This document shows, one piece after another, positions 38,935-46,962 of a stretch of DNA of 61,231 bases; positions within the stretch are counted from its first letter, which is position 1; the number at the start of each line of letters is the position of its first letter. Both the position numbers and the translations under genes were made by a program. The notes beneath the pieces are model-generated. The model worked only from the letters and a program-made list of their open reading frames with translations. It was not told where the DNA came from and ran no database searches. The DNA is from a virus (taxonomy: Duplodnaviria > Heunggongvirae > Uroviricota > Caudoviricetes). The stretch is from positions 1 to 61,231 of IMG/VR virus record IMGVR_UViG_3300044878_000136. The stretch is one strand, 5' to 3'.

Positions 38935-40884
38935 ATGGCAAGGACAACCCAGCTCGATAAAGCTTGGGCCGGTCGTGCGTTCCTGGTACCGCCTTCGTCA
39001 CTTTCCGATGCGCTCAACGATCGCCGTCGGTATTACAGTACAGCGTCGCGTAAGTTCACCGACACCAGTCTTGGTGGACACTTCGCACTCAACCCTCTAT
39101 CGCAGTTCACTGAGAACTGTGACTTCCCGCACAAGTCGGTATTCAGTGCGAGTAACGGGATGGGTCGCTGGTACAGTGAAGTGATTGACGACAACTCGCA
39201 ATTGGTTCACATCCGTTGCGGGGTGCCGAAGTTCAACTCCATGACCAACTTCTTCAGTAACTTCTACAACGTCCATGCTGGCGCTGTGGCACGAACGGGT
39301 CGTGGTCCTGACATCTGGTTCTCGATCGGTAAAGCAGCCGGCATCATCGGTACGCTACCCCTTCAGCCGTTCGTCATGATCGGCAGTGCGATTAAGTTCG
39401 CATTCGGGATGCCTCGGTCGAAGTTCTATTACCTCAAGCCAACCATGTATCCGTATTGGTACGCCGTGAACAACATGGTGAACGGTATCATGGTGAACTT
39501 GGGTCTGACGCCTAACTTCCTCGCAGAAGACACCAAGCGCTTCTACGATCCAGTTGGTACTCCTACCGAAGTCGATCAGAGCGCCATGGCGCGCGTCTAC
39601 GGTGAGATGATCAACTCGGAAGGTGGCTTGGACTTCTTTGCCTTGTCTACACGGGCACAGCGTCTCGCAGACCGTTATCGCAAGATGATCGATGCGCAGA
39701 TGGATCAACTCTCCGGCAATCCTGAAACCCGTGCTGATGAATTGCGCACCATCCTCTTGGATGGTGCGATGGCCGGGACACGGAAACTGAAAGACCGTTC
39801 CTATTCCCTCTCCGACTACGAGAAGGCCTACCTGGCTGTCTCCGGCGAGTGGAACGACGCGTACCAGTATTCGGCAGAGCAAGACACCACGGAAGACGAA
39901 GCGTGGCTCACACGCCTCTGGAAGGAATCGGTGTCCAACGCCCGCATGGGTGCTGACTTCGTAACCTTCCGCGTCAACCATACCGGGACGCAGTCTGAGT
40001 CGTTCAGTAACTCGATGACTCAACCGACTCTGCAATCTGAGATCAACGGGATTTCCTCTCGTGCTCGGATGGCGCGGTTTAACATCGCGGACGGTAACAT
40101 CGCAGGACCCATCGGTTGGATGGCAGACAAACTCAAGTCTGTCGTGGCGGGTACCTTCGAAGCGTTCCAGATCGAAGGCTTCATGGCGTTGGCGGGTAAC
40201 GCATTCGCTGACATCCAGAAGACCTACGAAGCGTCCTCAGCAGACCTCAACCGAACCACACTCACGATCCCTCTGCGTTGTTGGGCAGCGGATGACTGGC
40301 TGCGGTTGAAGAACCTGTTTATCCCACTGTGCGCTATCTTGGCATTGGGTCTTCCTCGAGCAACCGGTCGTGCTTCCTACGACGGTCCGTTCTTGCTGGA
40401 AGTTTTTAACCAAGGTCGTACGCAAATCCGCGAAGGGATGATTGAGTCCATCTCGGTAGAACGTGGTGTGGGCGACATTGGTTGGACCAAGACTGGCAAA
40501 CCACTGGGTATCGATGTGACGGTTACGATCGTCGACCTCTCGACCATCCTGTCGATGCCAATCAACCCAGGCTTCAGTAACGTGCAAGGTGTTGCTACCT
40601 TGGCCGCTGAGGCATTGGCGGGCGATACCGGAGTCGGTGTAGCTACTGCGTTGTCCAAAGCCACCTACGGTGAGGACAACAAGTACACGGACTACCTGGC
40701 GACTCTTGCCAGCCTTCCATTCGAAGATCAGATCAGTACCAAGCGTCGTTGGAAACTTGCGATGGCGCGTGGTCGAGCTGAATACGGAGCGTGGAAGTCC
40801 CCGGCACGAATTGCGTCGGGTGTAATGGATACTCTCCCTGGGGATATCATCAAGATGTTGTCTCTGCCAACGTCTCGAGCGTAA
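38935..40884 (+). CDS. virion/baseplate-hub-region protein (phiKZ gp182-like)
   Basis: GGAGG RBS before MARTT. FTDTSLGG motif. Directly after the gp181-like gene. Confidence 0.75.
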   Translation: MARTTQLDKAWAGRAFLVPPSSLSDALNDRRRYYSTASRKFTDTSLGGHFALNPLSQFTENCDFPHKSVFSASNGMGRWYSEVIDDNSQLVHIRCGVPKFNSMTNFFSNFYNVHAGAVARTGRGPDIWFSIGKAAGIIGTLPLQPFVMIGSAIKFAFGMPRSKFYYLKPTMYPYWYAVNNMVNGIMVNLGLTPNFLAEDTKRFYDPVGTPTEVDQSAMARVYGEMINSEGGLDFFALSTRAQRLADRYRKMIDAQMDQLSGNPETRADELRTILLDGAMAGTRKLKDRSYSLSDYEKAYLAVSGEWNDAYQYSAEQDTTEDEAWLTRLWKESVSNARMGADFVTFRVNHTGTQSESFSNSMTQPTLQSEINGISSRARMARFNIADGNIAGPIGWMADKLKSVVAGTFEAFQIEGFMALAGNAFADIQKTYEASSADLNRTTLTIPLRCWAADDWLRLKNLFIPLCAILALGLPRATGRASYDGPFLLEVFNQGRTQIREGMIESISVERGVGDIGWTKTGKPLGIDVTVTIVDLSTILSMPINPGFSNVQGVATLAAEALAGDTGVGVATALSKATYGEDNKYTDYLATLASLPFEDQISTKRRWKLAMARGRAEYGAWKSPARIASGVMDTLPGDIIKMLSLPTSRA

Positions 40885-40885
40885 A

Positions 40886-40920
40886 CAGCATAGAGGCGGG
40901 GACAATCCCCGCCTCTATGC
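40886..40920. terminator. bidirectional TATGC-family hairpin
   Basis: GCATAGAGGCGGGG-ACAAT-CCCCGCCTCTATGC between convergent genes. Confidence 0.85.
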
Positions 40921-40922
40921 CC

Positions 40923-41942
40923 TTAGCCTTTATTCACCACGTAACCAGCCGGATACAACTCAGCCTGCACGCCTGCCACCGAGTTCTGACGAACAGCGTT
41001 ATAACTGATCGCTGTGATCCGGTGTGCATCATCAACCGCCATCATGAGTGTCTTGGCATCCGTCCCCAAGGCTACCCAATTCTTGTAATCACGAATCTCC
41101 ACACCGTTACGCAACTTGGTGGTCCAGTACGGAGAGATCCGGATCAAGGTACCGATCAACATGTTGCGTTCCGTCAGAATGTTACGCATGTCGAAGTCTT
41201 CTGGGAAACGATAACCTGCCAGGATTTCAGCAATCGCGTTAGGACGTTCGGACAACAGACCATCTGCCCCCAACTTGTCCAGTGCCTTGTTGACCGACTT
41301 CAGGTCAGAGGTGTTGATGGCGTTTTCGATGATCCCGCGGAAGATAGCTTCCTTGACGGATTCGTCATGGGCCATCTCTGCCAAGTCATCGACCAAGTCA
41401 CCAATGCCATAACGCACCAGTTGTTTGGCGATACCGCTCAGGATGCCAGCCTCAGCCCCTAAGTTGAAAAACTCCATCATCTCAGACTGACCGGTGAGTT
41501 CACCGACAATCCGGATCAGCCCATCGACGTCATCGACGTCAGCGCCCTTCACAAAGAGCGGTGCGGCGCCGTAGAGGATCTTGCCTAAGTCAGCCACCTC
41601 ACCGAACCCAGCGTCGCGTAGCGTGTCTCCCAGGACGTTCTGAAGCGTACCACCCACCTGACCAAAGAGACTGGGGATGGAAGAACCCATGGCGGAGAGT
41701 GCTTTGTCCAACATCTCCTGTTTGGTCATGTTGCCTTGCTTGGCACCGATAACCAGTTCGGTCAAATCGCGAGGCGAACTCGTGTTACCCTTCAACCCAC
41801 CAATGGCATCGCTGTAGATACCCTTGGCCGTATCGAAAATACTGTTACGAGTTTCACCGGTAGTGACCTCGTACGTGTCTTTCACCAAGAGTTTGTCACC
41901 AGGACGCCCTTGGAACATCGAATTGGATAAGCGGCTGCTCAT
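40923..41942 (-). CDS. probable virion structural protein
   Basis: 339 aa, GAGG RBS, convergent with the gp182-like gene. Confidence 0.65.
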   Translation of the reverse strand: MSSRLSNSMFQGRPGDKLLVKDTYEVTTGETRNSIFDTAKGIYSDAIGGLKGNTSSPRDLTELVIGAKQGNMTKQEMLDKALSAMGSSIPSLFGQVGGTLQNVLGDTLRDAGFGEVADLGKILYGAAPLFVKGADVDDVDGLIRIVGELTGQSEMMEFFNLGAEAGILSGIAKQLVRYGIGDLVDDLAEMAHDESVKEAIFRGIIENAINTSDLKSVNKALDKLGADGLLSERPNAIAEILAGYRFPEDFDMRNILTERNMLIGTLIRISPYWTTKLRNGVEIRDYKNWVALGTDAKTLMMAVDDAHRITAISYNAVRQNSVAGVQAELYPAGYVVNKG

Positions 41943-41986
41943 GATAAACCTCTCATTGTCTACACAACATCCGCAAAAAAAGAAAG

Positions 41987-42015
41987 GGCATAAAGCGGAG
42001 GGTTTCCCCTCCGCC
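41987..42015 (-). terminator. hairpin plus TTTATGC tail
   Basis: Minus strand reads GCGGAGGG-GAAA-CCCTCCGC-TTTATGC after the stop at 42021. Confidence 0.8.
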
Positions 42016-42020
42016 TCAGT

Positions 42021-42500
42021 TTACGCTGCCGACTGCAACTCTTTCCGTAGCTCTTCAAAGAACTCCATCTGCCATTCGCTGTCGCGAGGGTAGACGACTT
42101 TCGGCGGATTATCCGCGTATGGTGAGCCGAAGAAGTAGTAGTGGGCGAATGGCATCGAAGAACCTTTCAACAGCTCAACGATTTCCGGGTTGTCCATGAC
42201 CTTGGCTTTCACCCCGATCAGGAACTGCTCCTTGAAGTCTTGGTTCCACACCACTTCGAGTGTGTTGCCCAGCTTCTTCGCTTCAAACCCGGACAGGGCT
42301 CTGAGCGATTCATGCTTGCATCCAGTCTTGAGGTAGTACCAGAGACCCTCAGCGGTACGGAACATCCCGTAGGTTGGGTGGTTGACTGGTACATCCGCCA
42401 GATTGGTCAACAGTCTACCCAAGCGAGTGCGGCCCTTGGTGTAAACATTTACATGTGTAATACCGTCATCGAGAGGGTTGTGATCTTGTTTGGCTGACAT
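42021..42500 (-). CDS. NADAR-like (T4 gp30.3-like) protein with probable internal start
   Basis: GAGG RBS and ATG at 42500 (MSAKQDHNPLDDG). Motifs LTNLADVP, FRTAEGLW, LSGFEAKKLG and NPEIVELLKGS. Confidence 0.6.
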   Translation of the reverse strand: MSAKQDHNPLDDGITHVNVYTKGRTRLGRLLTNLADVPVNHPTYGMFRTAEGLWYYLKTGCKHESLRALSGFEAKKLGNTLEVVWNQDFKEQFLIGVKAKVMDNPEIVELLKGSSMPFAHYYFFGSPYADNPPKVVYPRDSEWQMEFFEELRKELQSAA

Positions 42501-43175
42501 CACTACTTCCTCAACCTCAATCAATTTCCAGTCAGAGTGTTTATCGTCATTTGAACGGACCCAACGCATTACGGTAGCACTTGATATCCCGTGCGCCTTA
42601 GCCGCGTCTCGTGACGATGCGTAGACGACACCACCTACGCTGATCTTAGCGCCTAGCGTGTCCTTAACGGCTGCGACACGCTTCTCATGCTCGCCTTCCC
42701 CGTACACTCGATTCTTTGCAGCGTCCGATAACTTCACCTTCCATGCATCGTCGATAACTCGACCGGCATGCGTTTTCGATAAGGCGTCACGGCGCTGACT
42801 ACTACATTCTCTTCCTCGCGTTGGGTGTCTTACGTCGGTAGCGACATTGATGCATTTCAAAGGAGGTGGGGTATCCTTTATCAACGCCTCTTCCATCTGG
42901 TACGCCTCTTCCCTTGATTCACAGGGGAAGAATTCATACAACACCTCAGGGTTTGCAGCATAAAGACGCTGAAGTTCTGAGTTGTGGTGCTTGTTGTTTC
43001 GCAGCAGGCTATTATGGACATGTTTACGCTCGTCCATATCGGAGGAACTACCATAATAGACCGCACCACTCGGGATGTGGATAATGGCGTAAGTGCCACA
43101 TTTCTTTCCCTGGTTGATGTGACTCATCCCATCGTCCAGAGGATTGTGAGTTTGCTCTACTGCCTTATTCATCAT
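42021..43175 (-). CDS. GIY-YIG homing endonuclease fused in frame to a NADAR-like domain
   Basis: GTYAI...YYGSS..MDER..H, NUMOD3-like repeats and an HTH (YASSRDAAKAHGISSATV), followed by LTNL...FRTAEGLWYYLK. Confidence 0.85.
   Translation of the reverse strand: MMNKAVEQTHNPLDDGMSHINQGKKCGTYAIIHIPSGAVYYGSSSDMDERKHVHNSLLRNNKHHNSELQRLYAANPEVLYEFFPCESREEAYQMEEALIKDTPPPLKCINVATDVRHPTRGRECSSQRRDALSKTHAGRVIDDAWKVKLSDAAKNRVYGEGEHEKRVAAVKDTLGAKISVGGVVYASSRDAAKAHGISSATVMRWVRSNDDKHSDWKLIEVEEVVMSAKQDHNPLDDGITHVNVYTKGRTRLGRLLTNLADVPVNHPTYGMFRTAEGLWYYLKTGCKHESLRALSGFEAKKLGNTLEVVWNQDFKEQFLIGVKAKVMDNPEIVELLKGSSMPFAHYYFFGSPYADNPPKVVYPRDSEWQMEFFEELRKELQSAA
42501..43112 (-). mobile_element. homing endonuclease insertion
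   Basis: Flanked by two diverged copies of the HNPLDDGxxHxN coding sequence. Codon usage visibly differs from the neighbouring genes. Confidence 0.7.
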
Positions 43176-43626
43176 CGGACTCCTCTGGTGGTTCTGGTTC
43201 TGCGGGTTTCGGTGTCGCTGGACGACGACGCTTTCGGGTTGATTCGCTTACGTGCTGCAACCTCTTATCCGAATACCGATTACGAACCTCAACCTCGCTG
43301 GTGTATGTCTTGTCGCCATACGTCAGATCTACTCGAACGACGTACTTGTCACACCCCAGCAGTTGAATCAGTGTTTCGAATCGCTCCCACGAGATTGATG
43401 GTCTCGTTAAAGCACGGGAGAGGTTGTTCTTCTCTTGAGCGACTAATCGTCGATCCCCACCATAAACCTTCTGGTAGTAGCGTTCCATCTTGCGATCGAG
43501 ACTATCGACGCTCGGTGAATGGGCCATGAGAATATCCCGGAAGAGGAGGGCGAGTAAGTTCTCTACCTCATCCTTCCCTGTCTCGGGGTTGTTCACGATA
43601 CTGCGGAACGTTTTAGCACTCATCAT
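43165..43626 (-). CDS. hypothetical protein
   Basis: 153 aa, AGGA RBS, overlaps the start of the endonuclease ORF. Confidence 0.75.
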   Translation of the reverse strand: MMSAKTFRSIVNNPETGKDEVENLLALLFRDILMAHSPSVDSLDRKMERYYQKVYGGDRRLVAQEKNNLSRALTRPSISWERFETLIQLLGCDKYVVRVDLTYGDKTYTSEVEVRNRYSDKRLQHVSESTRKRRRPATPKPAEPEPPEESDDE

Positions 43627-43677
43627 TGTATCCTGTTGCGGGTCCCACTTACTTTCGATGGAGGGACAGAGGATGTT

Positions 43678-44178
43678 TTAGGTGTTGCGGATTGTGATAC
43701 TCGTTTCGAGCACAGATAACACGTCACTCACCACTCCTGAGAAGTTCTTCCTCATGTAGATAGAGTATGAATGCAGCGGATCGGTGTACTTGTCTACATA
43801 TTCGTAATGTATGACTGACAGCTTTTGCAGCAGTAGCTCTAGAACGGCCTGTGGTGACCTGTAGCCGCTGCGGACGTCGTAATAGTAGTCCACAATGGTT
43901 ACTTCGGTCATGTTCCGTCTACGGGCTCTCCAGGAGTTAGGAGTGTCTGTTTCGGAACGCATGCAGGCATACAGCGTGTCCAACCTGAAGAACAGGTCGT
44001 TCACGGTGTCGGTGTACGTCATTAGGGTGACGTCAAAGTGTTTCGATCCCAGTTCCGGTAATTTTATAGACGTAGCGACTTCCGCTAAGAGGAACATACG
44101 CTCCCAGTCGTCATCCGGTAACCGATCGGGCAGGAAGAGTTTATCCACGCCCAATAGACGGTAAATAAAATCTAGCAT
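43678..44178 (-). CDS. hypothetical protein
   Basis: 166-aa ORF. Confidence 0.7.
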   Translation of the reverse strand: MLDFIYRLLGVDKLFLPDRLPDDDWERMFLLAEVATSIKLPELGSKHFDVTLMTYTDTVNDLFFRLDTLYACMRSETDTPNSWRARRRNMTEVTIVDYYYDVRSGYRSPQAVLELLLQKLSVIHYEYVDKYTDPLHSYSIYMRKNFSGVVSDVLSVLETSITIRNT

Positions 44179-44189
44179 AGGAGACAGCC

Positions 44190-44618
44190 ATGTCTGGTGT
44201 ATTGGAAGGGGAAGTGTTCACCGCCAAAGACGGTGACGTAGATCCCGGTGAAGTTGTAAAGTTTACCCAGCGACTGCGCTACCAGATGGTCGGCGATCTA
44301 ACCGACCATGGCAGTAACGTCAAAGGCGACAATAAAGAACTGGCCAGTCTATTGCGCGACATGGACCGTTCGGCCTTGACGCAGCGTGAACTGAACATCC
44401 AGGAAGACAACCGTCAAGACGGACGCCTTGCCATCGAGACCTACGCCAAGTTCCGCGGTATGCTCGGCAAGGACCCCTTCTCGCAAGGAGGTGAGGTCCA
44501 GCGTCGCCGTGACCCTACGGAAGGGATTGTCCTTCCTGAGGTGGCACTGGTTCCGGGCGAGGATCATCAGGGCGAGTTTGCTCTGAATATTGATGACTAT
44601 GTATCGCCTGAAACATAG
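44190..44618 (+). CDS. hypothetical protein
   Basis: AGGAG RBS, typical codon usage. Confidence 0.75.
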   Translation: MSGVLEGEVFTAKDGDVDPGEVVKFTQRLRYQMVGDLTDHGSNVKGDNKELASLLRDMDRSALTQRELNIQEDNRQDGRLAIETYAKFRGMLGKDPFSQGGEVQRRRDPTEGIVLPEVALVPGEDHQGEFALNIDDYVSPET

Positions 44619-45330
44619 CCCTGTTGTAGCACACCCACTGAGTCGGAACGTGGATCACCGAAACCCATTCCTGAAGCACACCTGAGCGAGCTTGGAATGC
44701 GTCTTCGACTCCACCTTCCGGCACGGGGTCTTTCCCCAGCGGAGAGATGCGCGAGGTCATGATCACGTTCTCCGGGATCTTGTTCTGCAACAACTCCTGC
44801 TGGTGGTGCTTCAACCAATCTTCGAGGTCATACAGTGCGATCATTTCGAACTGGTTCTCGAAACGTTTCACCGTCAGATCCTTCCAGGGCACGTACGCCC
44901 CGTAGACACGCGTCGGCAGTGGCATGTAATGTTGCATGCACTTGACGATGATGTCCCGCTCTTCCTGCGTCAGATCGTCGTAGGGGTAGAAGTTGATGTA
45001 GATGTCCAAAGCATCGAACTCTACACCCCGCTCCAATGCTGGCAGCTCCTTCTTAATGTCCATTCGAATCTGGTAGACAAAGTCCGTCATCTTCGAGTAG
45101 GCAATAGTATCCCCGTTCCGTTCAGCGAACGCTTTCTGATACGCCTCCCACGTCACCATCCCGTCAGTAGCTTTTTCGAAGTTGTCGTGTTGCCGGAAAC
45201 GGTAATACTCAGTCGAGGCCAGCACTTCTGCCAGCCCTTCCTTTTCTTCTTCGCCCATCATGCGAACGACCGTACCATGGCGAACATCGAGCAACATTTC
45301 AATGTCGATCAACGCGCGTTGGTTAGCCAT
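44515..45330 (-). CDS. hypothetical protein (HAD-like N-terminal IDIEMLLD)
   Basis: 271 aa, coupled to the upstream gene. The HAD-like call rests on one weak motif. Confidence 0.7.
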   Translation of the reverse strand: MANQRALIDIEMLLDVRHGTVVRMMGEEEKEGLAEVLASTEYYRFRQHDNFEKATDGMVTWEAYQKAFAERNGDTIAYSKMTDFVYQIRMDIKKELPALERGVEFDALDIYINFYPYDDLTQEERDIIVKCMQHYMPLPTRVYGAYVPWKDLTVKRFENQFEMIALYDLEDWLKHHQQELLQNKIPENVIMTSRISPLGKDPVPEGGVEDAFQARSGVLQEWVSVIHVPTQWVCYNRAMFQAIHSHQYSEQTRPDDPRPEPVPPQEGQSLP

Positions 45331-45820
45331 TTACTTTGGGCGCCTTTGGTTTCTGTCCGGCAAGGATGCGTTCGATACCGAGATCGGCCAGACGCTTGTT
45401 GTACTGACCGAGCGACAACGAGTAGAGGAACATCAGCAGAGGGTTCTTCGCAAGACCCTGTTGGATCTCTTCCGCTGTGTTGCTCATCTGTTTGTTCTCA
45501 GTCGGGATACCCTGAGCGTTCTTCAGCCACGCCAGTGCTTCGGCTTGACGCTTGGCCACATCCTGCTGGAGGTTGGTCAGACCGATCAGGTAAACGTACT
45601 CGTTCACCATCTCGATGATCCACTCCATCTGGAACATGTCACCCTCGAGTTTCTTCCAGACGCGACCAGCGCCCACTTCGGAAGTGATCGAGTTACGCCA
45701 GACGATACTGCGGGAGAACGAGATCAGTTTGGAGGCGCGGATGTATGCCTCGTTACCGTAGGGTTCAGTGGCACGGGCGATGATCGCATCTGCCACTTCA
45801 ATGTCAGTAGGCCTTTGCAT
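45323..45820 (-). CDS. hypothetical protein
   Basis: AAGGA RBS, in an operon after the RNAP beta-C gene. Confidence 0.75.
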   Translation of the reverse strand: MQRPTDIEVADAIIARATEPYGNEAYIRASKLISFSRSIVWRNSITSEVGAGRVWKKLEGDMFQMEWIIEMVNEYVYLIGLTNLQQDVAKRQAEALAWLKNAQGIPTENKQMSNTAEEIQQGLAKNPLLMFLYSLSLGQYNKRLADLGIERILAGQKPKAPKVNG

Positions 45821-45829
45821 AGAGGTCCT

Positions 45830-46576
45830 TTAAGGTTTTGGCAACACCGGAGCAAACGCATCTTCAGGCACCGAAGTACCAGGACGCAGGTTGTTACCCA
45901 AGTGCATGCAGTTGAAGAACACGGACATGGTGTCGATGGATTTGGCATTACCCAGACCAGACACTTGTTCCAGCGTACATTCACCGTTCTCGACCAGCTG
46001 ACGGCGCATCTCACGATAGGCCGCTTCGTCACCACCCCGCACCTTGATCTTCTCCATGATGGTCCGATCCAGACCACGGGAAGACAGCGAGCTGAGTTCA
46101 GGTGCCGATACACGACTACCCTTCGACTGGCTGGTAGGTTGGTTGGTGAGGTCATCGATACGCTGGTTGTGTTCAGGAATCGAACGCTTCTTGACCACGG
46201 TCTGTGCTTGACGGCGTACAGGCAAGTCCAGTACCGGGTAAGGGTGAGGCGTCACGTATTGCAAACCGGTCGCACCGTCCGTCATGACCAAGCGGTGGGT
46301 CAGCGACTTGCCGAGGCTACGCACCAGTTGGAAGTTACGAGCGATGGAGATCCGCGCCTTACCGAGGTTAGGAACATAGAACGGGAGCATCTCCCGCTGC
46401 TTGATCTCTTCCGGAGTTTCAGCAGGGCCGAGACGACGAATGTAGTTCTCGAACTCTTTGTCAGACATGGCAGCGAACTTAGCCGCTAGCAGATCCGGGT
46501 TGGTCTTATCGCCAGGAATAATCTTGGCTATGTTGTCCAAGATGAACTTGGTTACTTTCTCACGTTTAGCGTTCAC
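45830..46576 (-). CDS. rpoB: virion RNA polymerase beta subunit, C-terminal part (phiKZ gp149-like)
   Basis: RRQAQ...IDDLTNQPT..SKGSRVSAPE...EKIKVRGGD parallels the bacterial RpoB motif QPL.GKA..GGQRFGEME...LTVKSDD. Probable GTG start at 46576 (track start 46597). Confidence 0.85.
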   Translation of the reverse strand: MNAKREKVTKFILDNIAKIIPGDKTNPDLLAAKFAAMSDKEFENYIRRLGPAETPEEIKQREMLPFYVPNLGKARISIARNFQLVRSLGKSLTHRLVMTDGATGLQYVTPHPYPVLDLPVRRQAQTVVKKRSIPEHNQRIDDLTNQPTSQSKGSRVSAPELSSLSSRGLDRTIMEKIKVRGGDEAAYREMRRQLVENGECTLEQVSGLGNAKSIDTMSVFFNCMHLGNNLRPGTSVPEDAFAPVLPKP

Positions 46577-46653
46577 GGGATCACCCTTTGGTTGCACTTA
46601 CAGCATATACGTGGCTGACATTGGCCAGCCACGATACGTCGAGTTGCAACCGC

Positions 46654-46959
46654 TTACGCCGAAGGGAGATTGAAGCGAACCAGCGTCGGTAGAACGTGAC
46701 CCTGGAAGTACTTCAGCCACTGCTTAGGCTCGAGATCGTCGATCAAGCATTCACGTTCGTCCAGAGTCGGAACCGGCGCTTTGCTCAGTTCGATCCTGAA
46801 GTACTTGTTGAGGGAAACCATCTCGTCCCCGTGAGTGTTCCGGTAGTTAGCGCGGAACGCGTCACCGAGGTGCAACTTCTGCTCGGAGAGCAGGTCTTCA
46901 ACTTCTTGGGCCAGGTGGGTCATGACAGCAATTCCTTGATGAACGCGACCCACCTGCAC
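46654..46959 (-). CDS. hypothetical protein
   Basis: About 100 aa between uvsX and the RNAP beta-C gene. Start uncertain. Confidence 0.65.
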   Translation of the reverse strand: MQVGRVHQGIAVMTHLAQEVEDLLSEQKLHLGDAFRANYRNTHGDEMVSLNKYFRIELSKAPVPTLDERECLIDDLEPKQWLKYFQGHVLPTLVRFNLPSA

Positions 46960-46962
46960 CGC

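Noticed and set aside
42501-43112. Group I intron or intein around the endonuclease
   Set aside because: The insert is essentially all coding, leaving no room for a ribozyme core. It lacks intein C/S...HN splice ends, and the duplicated gene start explains how the host gene is rescued.
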